Assembly (NCBI GenBank): GCA_977030845.1
Contig: OZ365115.1
Location: 18,042,001 to 18,106,000 of the forward strand
Direction of reading: 5' to 3'
Length of the DNA stretch: 64,000 bases
Source of the DNA: Fimbriosthenelais zetlandica
Lineage: Eukaryota
Shown: in pieces, positions 38,484 through 51,945 of the stretch
Position numbering within the stretch: the first letter of the stretch is position 1
How the letters are laid out: each line of letters begins with the position of its first letter
Notes under the pieces: generated by a model
Told to the model about the DNA's origin: nothing
Seen by the model: the letters and a program-made list of their open reading frames with translations, nothing else
The model's database searches: none
Made by a program: the position numbers and the translations under genes

Positions 38484-39413
38484 CTGCCAGGTTTTAGCAG
38501 TATGTATCACAACCTCCTGACAATACATACCACTTGGGCGCTAGTATTTGGACCATAATTGGTATATATCGATCTCTAATGTGTTTGGTTGAAGAAAACC
38601 AATCAACAAATCAATCCATCAGCCAGTCTGTTTGGCCTTCGCCAGTCTCCCCCTGTGATGGGCTATTGAGGGAAAACCGAATCACCCGCAAGAATGGATA
38701 TTTATCTGAGTACAAAAAAGGGGCCAATCAAAGGCACTGTGGACATAAAAAGGATGTGAGATCAAGAGATGGGGGGAGAGCACTAGAAGAATGAGTACTA
38801 TAATGCACCTAGGGAAGATTATGGAAGACCATAAAGTAGCGCTGGATATTGCTTCGACGTTAGCACATTAAGGGAGGGGCCAGGTCTCATTCGCCCTCCG
38901 CGTCTGGATAATTTCATCTCAAATATCCCGTTTTTGTCTTCATACCGCACTGTATGTATACGCCCCTTGAGTCAAATTTGCTGTTTATATAATAAACCTA
39001 TGATTAGCCAGACTTGAACATATATATGTCAGCTTTATAGATCTTATCAGTCGTTAAGACATGATAATTTGCTGTCACAGTTCATTTGTTTAAAGCTGAT
39101 CTCTTTCCTTGTTCTTCTAGTGATAAAATATAAGATCTTAATTTAGAACAGCAACCGAGGTAATATCCGATTTCCTTAGCTTAACTAGCAAGACTATACA
39201 AGCAATAAAACATACTCTAATCATTTCACTATGATTTAAACTGTACGATTTAATCACTAATATTGTACGCTCGGATATAATATACTTCAGGGATAAGTAG
39301 CCTAATTACGATGAAATTAGCTGTGGGATACGCATGATCACCTCAAAAGAAACTGCTTTATTCTTTAAACGAGAAAAATACAATTATACAAGTTTTATAT
39401 TGTTTATCTGCTA

Positions 39414-39588
39414 CAGTGCTCCCCCGTTCAATCGACAACCATTGGTATACTGACCGAAACTGGTCTCTAATAGGAGGTGGTCGCGAGGGTTATTTTAAAC
39501 ATAAAAGAAAGAAAATCGGCCCAGACGAACATGGTCGGTTTAAGGGGGTGTTCGGTTTAAGGGGGTGGTCGAATGTGGGGGAGCACTG
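39414..39588. mobile_element. Tc1/mariner (pogo/Tigger-like) MITE
   Basis: TA|CAGTGCTCCCCC ... GGGGGAGCACTG|TA: perfect 12-bp TIR extending imperfectly to about 25 bp, TA TSD, and a subterminal repeat CGGTTTAAGGGGGTG x2. Confidence 0.85.
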
Positions 39589-40292
39589 TATATATAGCAT
39601 TTCGCTATTTCCAGCCTTAAACCTGGAGGGAATGGGATGGCTTTATTGAGGAGAATAACGGTATTAGTTTATATGAATAGTCCCAACCCCCTGTCGGTAG
39701 CCTATCTGTTGCTATATAATTAATATTCTGTCCAGGGCTCTACCACCAAATGCCAATTGCATGTGTAGAGTATAAATAAATGTTGCCCACTAGGTGGAAT
39801 TAGTGAAAAACGTAAAGTGATATTGAGGCCTCCTATATTATATGACTCTGACCTTTGAAACCTGCACCCGAGGGCTGGACTGTTCTAACTGGATAGACAA
39901 TTATGGTCCGGGAATAGAAATAAAAGCACCAACGAATATATATCTCGATCTCTAGCTTTTATCTGAATCAAGCAGCAATACCGAAGGTATTCATATTCAG
40001 GTTCTCAAATTGAAACATCTCCGTTATGAGTTCAAACCAGACATGACAGAAGCATTTTAAACGTGGGAAAGGGCATTTGGAACTATTTATTATCTTTCTA
40101 TCGCTCAACGCCCACGCCGCCTAAACTTCCTATTTTTGTCCTTATAACCGTCGTCAATTGCCAATGGCGGAAGTGCATGATGAAGCAGGGGCCTGCTAGT
40201 CATTGCTTGATCACACCTGATCACAATACTGGAGGAGGAGGAGGAGGTAGGACTAGTCGATGACTGCATGAACTGGAGCAGCATGTAGCAGT

Positions 40293-40321
40293 GGGGAGGG
40301 GGGAGGGGGGGGGGGGGAGGG
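40293..40321 (+). repeat. G-rich run with G-quadruplex potential
   Basis: GGGGAGGGGGGAGGGGGGGGGGGGGAGGG; a (GGA)n tract lies at 40231-47. Confidence 0.85.
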
Positions 40322-40659
40322 AGTGGTAAAACAAGCCGTGATTTATCTTTCCACTACAGACCAGCACGCTCTAAGTTCAGGCCACCCTGTGACAGAATTG
40401 GTGTCAACGTCCTAACATTACCCAGTTTCAGTATAGAACACGCCCCTTTATCTTTGGGGAGTCATAGCTGAAATGCTTTCCTATAGTTGCAGCTACAGTG
40501 GCTTTTATTCGAGTCGACATCACCTAGCTTTGAAGCAACAATGTGGTTTAGAACACTCCAACCCTTTTTTGTGCACCAGGCAATCTACAAATCCAATAAT
40601 GCATGGTCTCACAGTGTTCTAAATCTCGTAGTGCACGGTACATTTTGGGCAGGAAAAAA

Positions 40660-40736
40660 TGCTTGCATTGCTGGTAATTGAGCCGGGATCTCTGACACCA
40701 AATGCATGCATCTTACCACTGAGCTATAGAGGCAGC
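40660..40736 (-). mobile_element. tRNA-like head (probable second SINE family or tRNA pseudogene; body may extend to about 40450)
   Basis: Minus strand: TATAGCTCAGTGGTAAGATGCATGCATTTGGTGTCAGAGATCCCGGCTCAATTACCAGCA. Perfect A box, degenerate B box, resembles tRNA-Ala-type heads. The acceptor stem does not pair. Confidence 0.6.
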
Positions 40737-40785
40737 AATCTCACGGGGATTTAAAGAAGGCCTGTATGTTGAATTAGCATCGTAA

Positions 40786-40973
40786 AGGCGGGACTCCACT
40801 GCTGCGATTTTGCTTGCGACACTATTGCGACAAAGGTGATGCTTGTATCGCAACGAAAAACGGCCTTAAAAACTTGCACACTTCAAACAAAATATATATA
40901 TGTTATTGAGACACAAGCATCACCTTGATCGCAGTGGTGTCGCAAGAAAAATCGCAGCAGTGGAGACCCAGCT
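40786..40973. mobile_element. PIF/Harbinger-like MITE
   Basis: TIRs GGGACTCCACTGCTGCGATTTT / AAAATCGCAGCAGTGGAGACCC, flanked by TAA on both sides (40783-85 and 40974-76), the TWA target-site duplication typical of Harbinger. Second copy at 21484-21688. Confidence 0.8.
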
Positions 40974-43900
40974 TAAGAGTCCCAGCTTAAGAGTTTCACA
41001 GTTTATCAGCCTTCGGTCTCGACACCCTTAATCCCATAGAGCATGCATGAGTCCTCATGTCAATCCGTGCTTTATTCTCTAAATAAAGTTCACCAGAGTC
41101 AACGAGGAAGGTAGCTGGAGAGGTAGACATGTCACACCCACTCCCTTTAGTCAATCAGAACAAGTTAGTGCAGTCATCAGTTTTTTTTCAATAATCAGTG
41201 GCCAAGAGGGTCATGCAGCCTGCTGGAGCGCCAGGAATGGCTGTGATTGTAAAATCATGGACACTTGACATGAAACCCCAGAAATTGCCTGGCAGGCTGC
41301 TGGCCAAGAAAGATTATGGGTAGATTGCAGAAAATAAGGATAAATTTAGACATAATTGATAGGTATCTTTACTTAAGCAGTCAAAAAATACCTCAGGGCA
41401 CTGTAATTAGATTGGACACAATATTATTATGATTAAATACTTGGATTTGAAGTTTAAAAACCTGTATATATAAAAAAAACATTTGAATCAACATGCGGTT
41501 TATAAAGCAAATGATAATATTCAGTGAGCGTTGTATTGCTGAAGTTGAAACCATTTTTAAAATGTTGGCTGGTGATACTTTGGGAGCTTTATGGTACTGC
41601 TTCCACGCCAAATAGATGATCGATCTATTAATAGACTTATAAAAATGGTCTGCACATTCTCCTGATTAGAAGGTATGGCTCATGCATCTTAAGGAAATAT
41701 ACCCTCTAGTATATAGGTCTAAGAAATTGTTCTGAAGAAACTGGAAAGATTTTGGGAAGGGTCCAAATGACAGACTCCTTTGTCTACTATGTCGAAGTAT
41801 AGGTACTCCAGGGGCGTACATCTAACAAAATGAAAGACCAATTTCTAATATGACGTTCAGCCATTGACTTTAGTGGCAAGGTTCAAAGGCTAATGCCATT
41901 TTAGCTTTATGCATTTAGGAATTCCATGAGGGCACAGAGAGGAATAGATCTGGAAATTCTGCTTTCCTAGTATAAAGCTAAAAATGGCCACGTCACAAAT
42001 TAAACGGGACTCCTGGATGGCATCACATGTCACAGGTACTGGGGTTTGCTTTGATTTAGTTTTTTTTCTGAAGCAAACGGTGGATAAAACTTGTATAAAA
42101 CCTTCTGTAATAAGGGCTTCAATACAAGCATTCCGCTGGTGAAATTGGGTTAAAATGCAAACAATTCATCGGTGTTTTTGCTTAGGAGCTCTGTGGAGTT
42201 AACTGATTCGGGGTTGATTGAAAAATGGCTGTAACAGATTGCAGACACAGTTTTGATTCTGATGGTTCAATACCAGAAGTATGTTCTCCCATAGGTGTGC
42301 GTGTGTATCTAGAAATGGACGGGGCTGGGATGGATAGTTTTGTTCCTGGCATGCCAAGGAATTGGGGTAAGGAGCCATGGTCGTGTGACGAAAGTGGACC
42401 AGGGCATGAAATGGAAGTCAGGGGGTCTGCCAAGGGGTCACATCCAGACATTAGAAGTGTATCAGGAGGACTGCTTTTTCTCTCAGCTATTATGGGAAAA
42501 TCGATAAGTGCTATGAGACCTGGGAAGTCAAGAGATGGTATGCAGGGCAAGGAAAGAAGTCAGTGCCAAGGGGGAAAACTTCCCAGCAAAGTCTTAATAT
42601 CCTCATTTTATCTGCTGTGACACAGGAAGTAGTACATATTTGAGGTAAAGAGGGTAAACGTAATGTAATCTAAATATCACGCAAAACTTCCTAATTGTGT
42701 TTAACAGAATATTGGACTGAATGTATGGTGAACGGCCTTATCTCTATGATTAGTAAATTAAGCTGCATGGAAGCATAATGAACCATGTCAAAAACCCTAG
42801 AGATTGCTACAGGGTACCCAACTCTACAGATTTTTTTATGGTTAGTGCCACATTTTTTTAATTACAAGTTTATGAAATTGTGATTGTATTTCACATGTTC
42901 ATGTTTCCATATATTGCAATATTTTATTCATGTATTACAGTTTATGACTGAAAATGAAGAGTCATGGCTGGAGAAAATTGTCAAATAATTTAAATAAATA
43001 AAATAAATAAATACTAATATTTTTGATTGGTCTGGCTGGTAGGCTAGGCCTAAAATTGGTCCTCCTGGATAAAATGACTGTAAAATTCATCGCCACTTCC
43101 CAAGATGCATTTTACCTTGAATAAAATCCATACAATTTCTAGAGCCGTGCTTTCATTTGTATTCATGAAAGACCTGTATCAAAATTATGTTCAGCTTGTT
43201 CAGTCAAACCATTTTTCTTAAATTCGCCATCCTAAAATCACTCAAATTCTTGTTTGAAATGAATTTGGCAACTTGGTTGTGGAGGCCAAAATCTAGTTTA
43301 TTTCAGCCTGGTGCAGATTCATGTTCTACAAGTTGTCGAATGGGACTGATTATTAGTTCATAGAAGCAGCCATGTTGAATAATGATAGGCAGAAGGGAAA
43401 AAAATAAGCCCATACACATCACTGGTAATTGGGAAATCACAATGGAACACCAGTGCGTAGTTTACTGGAGGCTGGGTGCATTTCCATTAGCCACTAAGTG
43501 CAGATGGCCTAGCCAGCCTGACAATTGCCTACCTGTGACAACTTGTCACAATGGCTTAAGGCTGTGACCACTTCATTAAAATGGAAGTCAGCAATAGGCT
43601 GATATAATGATTTAAATATTCACGTCCCCGTAAATAATCCGCACCAAAAGGGAAACTAAAATTTGAACATAAGAGAAAAGGAAACAATCCAAAATCCTTT
43701 GTTAATATGGACAGAGAAATTCAAATGAGAATCGGTTTTTTCACGTGTTTTGGCAATTTTCATAGAATATCATAATTTAAATCATACTTATTATCTAATG
43801 TACAATTCCCTCTAGGATATTTTTTTAACTGGCATCAACAGCATGTAAAAAACTAACATAAGACTATGAGAATATGAGAATAATTTGAATTAAGAAAAAA

Positions 43901-46834
43901 TAATGAAAATACAATTTTTAAGTCCCAATCCTAAAGACCTAATCAGTGTTTCTCATGAAATACTGAAGCCATTCAGCACTAGAAGTTAATTCAAAGAAGA
44001 AAGCTGAGTAATGAAACACTACTGTAACAAAAACATCTGATAGAAATCAGGAAAGGATATTGAGTCTCAGGAACAGATCAACAGGTTGGACACAGTAAAT
44101 TTCTTGGCAATTAAAATAAGTTAAAAAACCAGCTAGGAACATATATACTTTGAGAAAAATATCCATGTACTTCAGCTATAGGAAGAAAACTACACAGTCG
44201 TCTCTTCCTCAGCCTTTACCCATATACATCAAATTAAATACTCAAACGGAACAGCAGCTGTAAATATTCATGGGCAATCATTATTGATTAAACTAGCGGC
44301 AACAATGTGGGGTGGGATTGGGGAGGGACACATTTTAAGAGGTTGGTTTTTTTTAGTACAGCCATGGTCAGAAGATTGGGATCTCCGGTTATAGCGCCCC
44401 TGGGAAACTAAGTATCTCTAGCTTAACCGTCTTTATGGCTCCTCTATATTAGACTTGGAGATGGGGATCATTAGGTCCAAGCATGGTCTAGATATCTGGT
44501 ACGGAAAAGATGTTAACCAGAGAGGAAGTATATGGGAAAGATAAATGGTGTATACCTTCCCCCGTATCTTCTGATGCCATTCCATTAGGTTTATATAATA
44601 TTGACATTATCTATATTTCTCGGTCTGTTTACCAAGTTATGCTTCACATAATTCTCTACTCTTGCACTGTTTTTAAGTTTATGACACCAAGATCACACAT
44701 TATATTATTCCTATTTGTGTCTTGGAGTGAGGTATACACGCTTGACTGAAATTATTGGATCTCTTTGAGGATTCTCATTGAAGTAGAAAGCATATTGGTA
44801 GCAATTAAAACACCAACATTCATTTGTAAAATGACACACATTTGTATGACGAATATTATTGGTAATGTCAGGTACATTGTCCCACTGTCTTTAGAATTAT
44901 GATGGTTTGTATTAATACTAAAAGAGTTCGATCTTAGTGACTCATAAATATATATTAACTTCAATCAAACCATGCGTTCACATTTTCCTAATGATTTCCA
45001 ATACAATCAAAGGCAATGTAAACTGCTTTCATCAAACTTAAAACAGAACCAAATAAATTACATGCAGTACGCATTTCCTCGTGTATAATTTCTTCAGCAC
45101 TGAGTCATGAATGACTTTGCTATAACCAATTTCCACATGGATAGTAAATATTTATGTACAACATTGATTTACAAATCTGAAGTGAGGACATCACAATGAA
45201 AAGTAAATGTTATTATATAGCATCTTCAGCGGAAAGAGAATAAATGCCCTACAGATGATATTCAATTTGATATGGTGATGTCCAAATGACAAAATACTAT
45301 TACAAGTGGCCAAGAAGAGAAACAAGATGCTACCTTCAATGGGTCACTGAGGGTATTCTATCAAATTCCATTTATATTGCCCAGATCTGATTAAGACAGG
45401 TTTATGTTACTCAGTGCATTTCATTCCGCCATAATTCATCTTGGGTTGGTGTATATATTCGAAGGGTCTATATTACCCAATATAGGCCTGCCTTCATTTA
45501 TTGCTCTAGATTATTGACAGTTCCCCTTTTGAAGCGATATTGGAGGAAAGGGTCTAGAGCATATATAAGACCCATGCAGTATACATTGTAGGGCTGGTAT
45601 TTCGGAAATACACGTCAATTCTACATGAGCTATTCCCGTAGCTTGCATCCATGCGACATATACATTTTCCTTTAGATTATTTACGTCAGATTTAGTCTCA
45701 CGTTTCCATTATTATCACCATTTTATCACACGTTTCCATTATACATCTCTTTAATATGGGAATCGAATGACCAGCACAGACATTGTATATGTAAAATTAA
45801 TAATGTATTTGGTATCAAATTTCACTTATCCACTTTCATTAGTCGAAACTTAAAAACAATGTTCATAATTTTCTCAAATCAAACCACCGATGCCGTTCAT
45901 AATCGTATCATGTAACATGCTTACATCCTTTCACCCAATGTGCGAAAAAATCCTCACCTACCTGACAATATAGATGATGTTCTCCAAAATGCTGACAGTT
46001 CGCTTAATTCCATTACCAAATCAACAAACACAATTTAATGCATAATATAAAGTATTAGTCCCATGAATTATATATATAAAAGTACAAATAAACCAAGAAA
46101 TGCATACCGATGGCTGCTTTTAAAGATGGCGGATGGACAAAGATTACCTGACCATCAAGGCCCACCAAGTGAAAACATTAACCCACTTCCTTTGTCCTCC
46201 CCTCACTCGGTATAAAACCATCACTTGTCTTCCACCACTCGGTATTTACCCGTGCTTCCTTTGAGATATAATAAAAACTATCCCTCCTGCATTTTTAATA
46301 TCTTAGATGCAAGCCCTACTCGCAATATCTTATCAAAAATTGATATGCCATAGCCGAGTGAGCGACCAGGCTCATTCACGCCTTTATCTTGAGGTTATTG
46401 GAGTCGTGGAACAAGCAGAGCTGCCAAAGGCATGCCTAAAATAGGCAGCATTGTCTTCTTTATAACTCCAAAGGTTTGATGCGTTTTCAATATATGTACA
46501 TTGACACTTCAAGTGAGTAATATTGTTGCTCATGAAATTCACAACCAGTGATGAGCCCAATCATGAAAGAAAATGAATTGCCTCCAGGCTCTTGGGGGCT
46601 TCCTCGAGGTAATAATGCTGTCTATTACGCGTATACATTTTTCAATACTTTTCACACGTTTGACAGTGCTTGAGATGGAATATTAATTTTGTTGCTTGTC
46701 AGACGATTGGATTAGGGATATTTTTCTGTCAGATCAGAATGTTGTATGGAGACTGGATCCGAATCTTATAACTGGATGCGATCAAGAAAGGGGTTGATAC
46801 ACAACAACATATCATTTGTATCTTGGTCCCAGAT

Positions 46835-47047
46835 CTGCTCACATCTGCTCAGAGGTGACTATATTTGTTATGAATTACTGCTCATGACCACTCTTGCTTC
46901 GCACCATGCCCCATGCATGTAGGAAACCAAACAGGGGTCAATTCTTTGACACAAACTCTTTCAATTAGCCATTGCTAAGTTGACCTGCTCACATCTGCTC
47001 TGAAGTGATTGTAGCTGTTATGAACTGCTCATGACCACCCCTGCTTC
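46835..47047 (+). repeat. About 65-bp diverged direct repeat, period 150 bp
   Basis: ctgctcacatctgctc...gttatgaa...ctgctcatgaccac...tgcttc at 46835-46900 and 46985-47047. Confidence 0.9.
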
Positions 47048-47602
47048 TCCCTGACATCTTTTTACGCCTCTTTTCGTTCGTTTAGCCGATGGATAAATGT
47101 ACCACACAGGGTCATGTCTCAAAAGAAAAATGCAATACAATGACCATGGCGGGCTAAGCTAGTCTGAACTCAAATATCTTTTCAAAGCTGTTCAAATTGA
47201 GGTAATTCTAGCTGAGAAATTGGAAATACATTGTCAATAAGTGGAACCATTTATAAGATAAATTAAGGCTTGGTACTAAAAAGGCATTACAATTCTGATA
47301 ATTATTCAGATTATATTGAAATTTGCCTTTAATGTTCCCTACACGTTCTCATCTAGGACTCCAAAGAACTCTATGATGTAGGACCATATTCTGATACTAC
47401 AGGTTAGGACACAATTTAGTAATCTCCTCCTGATACTACAATAATTGATCCTATAGAAGATCCTACATTGATCCTACATCTTTAGTAACATCCCCCACAG
47501 ATCCCTCCCTCTCATCCCCTGTCACAGCTCTTAATACCACTCGCATGCCTGGAGGGGTACAAGTTCAACCCTCCCTGTCCAATCGACCCTTATCCAAACA
47601 CA

Positions 47603-47626
47603 CCAAGCACAAGGCCTTGTGCTTGG
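47603..47626. repeat. Perfect 24-bp palindrome
   Basis: CCAAGCACAAGG|CCTTGTGCTTGG. Confidence 0.95.
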
Positions 47627-47699
47627 CATAGGGTTCAGTGGGGTGGATATCATTCTCCTTCCTGGAGAGAACAAAGAAAAGGTCTTGTGTACATGTGTA

Positions 47700-48800
47700 A
47701 TAGTAACGACCTTGCTCCTGTACGAAGGAAGCACTGGAGGAGAAAGAGACCGCGGAGAGGGGAGGACGTTGGAGTAAAGAGGAGTGGGTGGGAGAGAGAA
47801 TCGGACTTGGTCTGAACGTCCCTGTAGTTGTAGTAGGAGTAGGCAGGCCGGTGTGCAAGTTACTGGACGAGCAGGCAATGGTAGGGGTAGAGACAGACTT
47901 GCTGGAGACGCGGGAGGAGGGAAGCAAGTGGAGGAGGAAGAACCAGTTACAATAGCTCAACAGAGTAAGGGGAAGAAGGTCTGGACTACCGTGTGGTACC
48001 AAGCGTCAACACAGAACACCTTCCTCTCTCCTCACCACACCGGAGCAAACACTATACTGCTGCTGCATACCACCTCCACGGGCAGAGGGCAAAATGTGAT
48101 CCCCACGAGGAATATCTCTTAACACCTGGATACCACTAACAACTTGCTCTCTGTCAGAAACAAGTCTCAACGATTGACAGGAGGCAGATGGTGCGGGATA
48201 ATTTGGAAGAACATTTGGAAGGCAAGGTCTGTGGGAGGATTACCACACAGTGCGAGATGGCACAGTGATTCATTGACCAGCAAGGCCTCAACATGAATCT
48301 AGATGATGACCTGGGACTCCTTCTACTACTCCAGGAGAAAAGATAACCCCCTTGTTCTCATTAATATCAAAAAGGACACGAAGAAGAGGATTATCAAGAA
48401 TATACAGGAGTGATGAATGTATTACCAGAGAGGATAAGTCACAAGTGATATGACAAAACTAGTTCATTTAACTTTTCAAACATCTACAATATGGATATCA
48501 TTAATAAGGTGTTTTTCTTGAATTTTGTTTATACGACTTGAGAAAAAAGGGCAATCATAGTGCTATCTTAAACATCGGAAAAGGATCAGGAAAGATTGTT
48601 ATATAATAGGAGACTTCCATTATGAGTCCTGTCAATTATGACGATTTCAAAGCTTGTCATCAAGACAGCTCCATTGAAGATATAGGAAACTGTTGTGAAG
48701 GTGATAGATTCATGAAAGAGGAATCATGCGTATAGGAGAAGCCAGGATCCTATTAGATTACTCTAATTTACAATAGGCCTGGAGATATATTACTGACAAA
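47700..48800 (+). mobile_element. Decayed CR1/L2-type LINE (ORF1 esterase-like remnant plus APE endonuclease remnant)
   Basis: CYIIGDFHY (48597-48623) matches the APE GDFN motif, and in-frame MRIGEARILLDY (48726-48761) matches the TR....LLD motif. Upstream IPTR (48099) and FIDQQGLNMN (48269) resemble the LPR and DGLHLN motifs of SGNH-type ORF1. Many stops. Confidence 0.55.
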
Positions 48801-51729
48801 TCTCCCACTCCTTTATATATATATATGGCAACTGTACCAGGAATCTCACAAGGGGTTTGATATATGAAAGGTTGGATCTTGATATGTGACTATTCATTTT
48901 GATCAGGCATTGTACTTCACACTAGGGACTGGGGAAAGTATCCCTATACCCAGCACTGGAATACGCTAAAAACACAGGAAGTTGTATACTAAAAGCTATG
49001 ACACATAATGAAAAAATAGAAGGATTATCCTATAACTTTTGACGTTTAAATAAAAGCGCCTTTGCTTTTGTTTAATGGTAAGGTTAGTAGTTCAGTGACC
49101 CCTCCTACACATCCAACTCCACCTTATAGTTACTGCTTTGCCCAGTCACGGGATACCCGGCTATATGCATAGGCTGGTAGGAGATAACACCTATCTACCA
49201 GAGGCCAGGCAACTGCCGTCCCCAGGTGGTTCCTCACAGCTCCTCCACGGCGCTGCCTCGAGGTGAAGCATGCCTGGACTCAAGCCATTTCTCCGGGGCT
49301 GACTCAAGGAAAACGCATCAGTGGAACAAAGCTCAGGAAGAAAGGGTGCTGAAACTGTATAGTACAGCAATCATAAAACAGCTTCTATTGATGTTATATG
49401 TGTACACCAAGAAAGTGGCATCTGCAAGTAAGAAAGCTTGTTCAAAAAAGGATGCATTTGGAGGTGCAGTGCTCATATATAGAAGTACATAAAAAGTGTT
49501 TAGGATTTACATTACATAAACCACACGAACAGTATTTACCTATGTATAGGTAGACTGGTTGAGAAGCACATGACATGAGATATGGAATGCTGAATGGTAA
49601 AGGCCATCGAAAGCTCAAGGATTAATGTGGAAATGACTACCAATCAATGATATTTAATAGCCATATTGAAGGATGCTTAATCGATTGATCGCCTACCACC
49701 CCATGGTTAAAAGTGGGTTCCCCATGCGAGGATGATATATCAATAATGGCCCTCCGGTAACGATCCGCCTGTTGAGCGTGAGACTGATGTGAGTAGTGCA
49801 AGGAGTTGGTACTATTACAGCGGCTCTAATGTGTGAGTAGTATACGCCGGTTAACCTTTGACACAGGGTAATCTGAAACCACTTCTCAGGACAAAAACTC
49901 TTCCTTAACAGCATACTGATTTATATGATATTTTTCGTCGGGAATCAAGTGCATATAATATAATATCGATGCGGATCGTTTTTTTTTTTAGTTAATGGAA
50001 AGATTCTTATCTGGAACGTGTGCTATGTAGTAGTGCTCTGGGAAAGACCACATACAGTAAATTAACTCCAGTTGGGATGGCCCCCAACAGGAATAGATGA
50101 TGGTAATATACAGAGAACAGCAAACACAGAATATGATCTCAGACATGCGAGCTCCAGTCCCATTGCCGGACAACAAAGATTGGGGAATAACATGTTGCTA
50201 TGGGAACCGATTAAGGTAGCCCTGAAACTACCACCACCACCACCACCACCTCTTACTTCTCTTTTAAATGGCATAACAGAAACCCAAATATAATCCATTT
50301 CATTTGATCTTCCATCGCTTTGATGGGAGAAGAGTCTCTCACGGTATTAAAGGGAGTTTTTAAATGCACCAGTGAATTACATGAATGATTCAACCGTGGC
50401 TGATTCTGCCCGACAGACTCTAGACATCAGAGAAGGATAGATAGACCGTCAGGTGATTTCTGTTGGGATAAAAGCAGAAGCGTGGTATAGGGACTCAGTC
50501 AGGAAAAGTATGAGGAAAGAAGAAGAAGAAAAAGAGAGAGGGAGAGGGGACCTGGTGTTATGCATAAGAAGGGAACAACATTCAAGGCTCAAGCCATGGA
50601 CTACTGGAACTGGGAGATAAATATCACAGTCCTTCTATAAGTGGATTAGCCCACACACATGCTGCCACCAGATTATTGCTCCGTCGGCGATGATAAATGA
50701 GTGCCAGAGCTTCTTTGGCAACTACAGACTTTCTGATGGTCCGACAAGAGGAAGGCACACTCAGCCCCGCTGCATACCGGTATACATATAGTGGGAGAGT
50801 GACAGCAGGCCAGTGCTGGGTGTCACTGAAGTATAGAAGCCATTTTGGAGTTTAAGTGTTACTTCTGAGGCTTGGTATTGACTATCCAAAAAGGTCAATG
50901 CTGCACCAATTTTCTTCCAATAAACATTGAGTTAGGGACACAAATGGTCCTGTCAATTCATATGGAATTGCTGCAGTGAGATGTCCATTCATAAAGCCTA
51001 TGTGGATTACGGGAGATGCCTTATCCTTAGGGATTAATCAGCAAAGAATCAAAACATTTCTCGCCAGGACAAATGCGGTTTTCTAGATGGACTAAATCCT
51101 GTGTCGAATTTAGCAATGTTTAAAAAAAACTCACAATCCAGAGAATATCGTGTGTTAAAGCTATGTTTAAGAGAGAGTCAGGAAAAATTATTTACATTCT
51201 GAAGCAAACCAAGAGGGTCTAGAACCTCTCAGTAGCACTTTACCTGGCGACAGGACTAATCCAGGTTTCAGTCCGCTAAAACCAAGCGCGGATACCTCGG
51301 CTAAAACAGACTGATTAGGCCCATATCTAACTTTGCCCGTCACCGGCTTTATTGTTCCATCCCATGAGGGGGTGAAGCATCTTTTTTTGAGTGATGCGGA
51401 GGTGGAGAGTAGGACCTACACCAGAGAGGAGGAAGCATATATGGGCGGCGCTTGAAGAAGCATACCCTCTGCCATTGCCAATCTATTGAATTTGGGGTAT
51501 ATAGCTGAGAAAATCCCCAAACCTTACTCCATCCCCAGTGTTGCATGACACTCTAAGCTAAGCTCAGGCGAAGTCAATAGCTCGGGGGCATAGATAGATA
51601 TACACGCTCTGCAGCGCCTAAATTCTCTCCACTCCACCCACCGAAATAACTCCCCCTATAGGAGGGGGAGGTGGGGAGTTGGAGGGCGAAGAAGCAAACG
51701 TGCACCTAACGGACAGGACGAAAGCCTCA

Positions 51730-51945
51730 GTCTTCCTGGCCAGGCATTTAATGATGTCACCACGTGATTGATGACTGTCACCATTGCCTCGATCACTCCA
51801 CAGTCTTGGATCTGTCTCCGCTTTGATGCCAACAACAGCCTCCATTCCTTTACAAGATTGTGTGCTGTGAGACCCTGGCACATTATTGGGAACTTGCACC
51901 AGAGCCCTATATACATTCCCTGGTGCTCTTGTTCCCATGGCATAC
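51730..51945 (-). mobile_element. Decayed LINE 3' coding end (RT C-terminal zinc-knuckle-like region)
   Basis: Minus frame GLTAHNLVKEWRLLLAS...QDCGVIEAMVTVINHVV...AWPGRL resembles the KWG...C.CG..QT..HIV..C pattern of RTE-X/I/Jockey-group ORF2 ends. By-eye similarity only. Confidence 0.35.

Noticed and set aside
42810-43275. hAT-like ends (CAGGGTACCCAACT ... TTGGCAACTTG)
   Set aside because: TIR match is poor and there is no 8-bp TSD.
49130-49300. GC-rich block with TTCACCTCG, resembling an HDV-like ribozyme L3 loop
   Set aside because: P3 and P1 pairings required for the nested double pseudoknot are not present.
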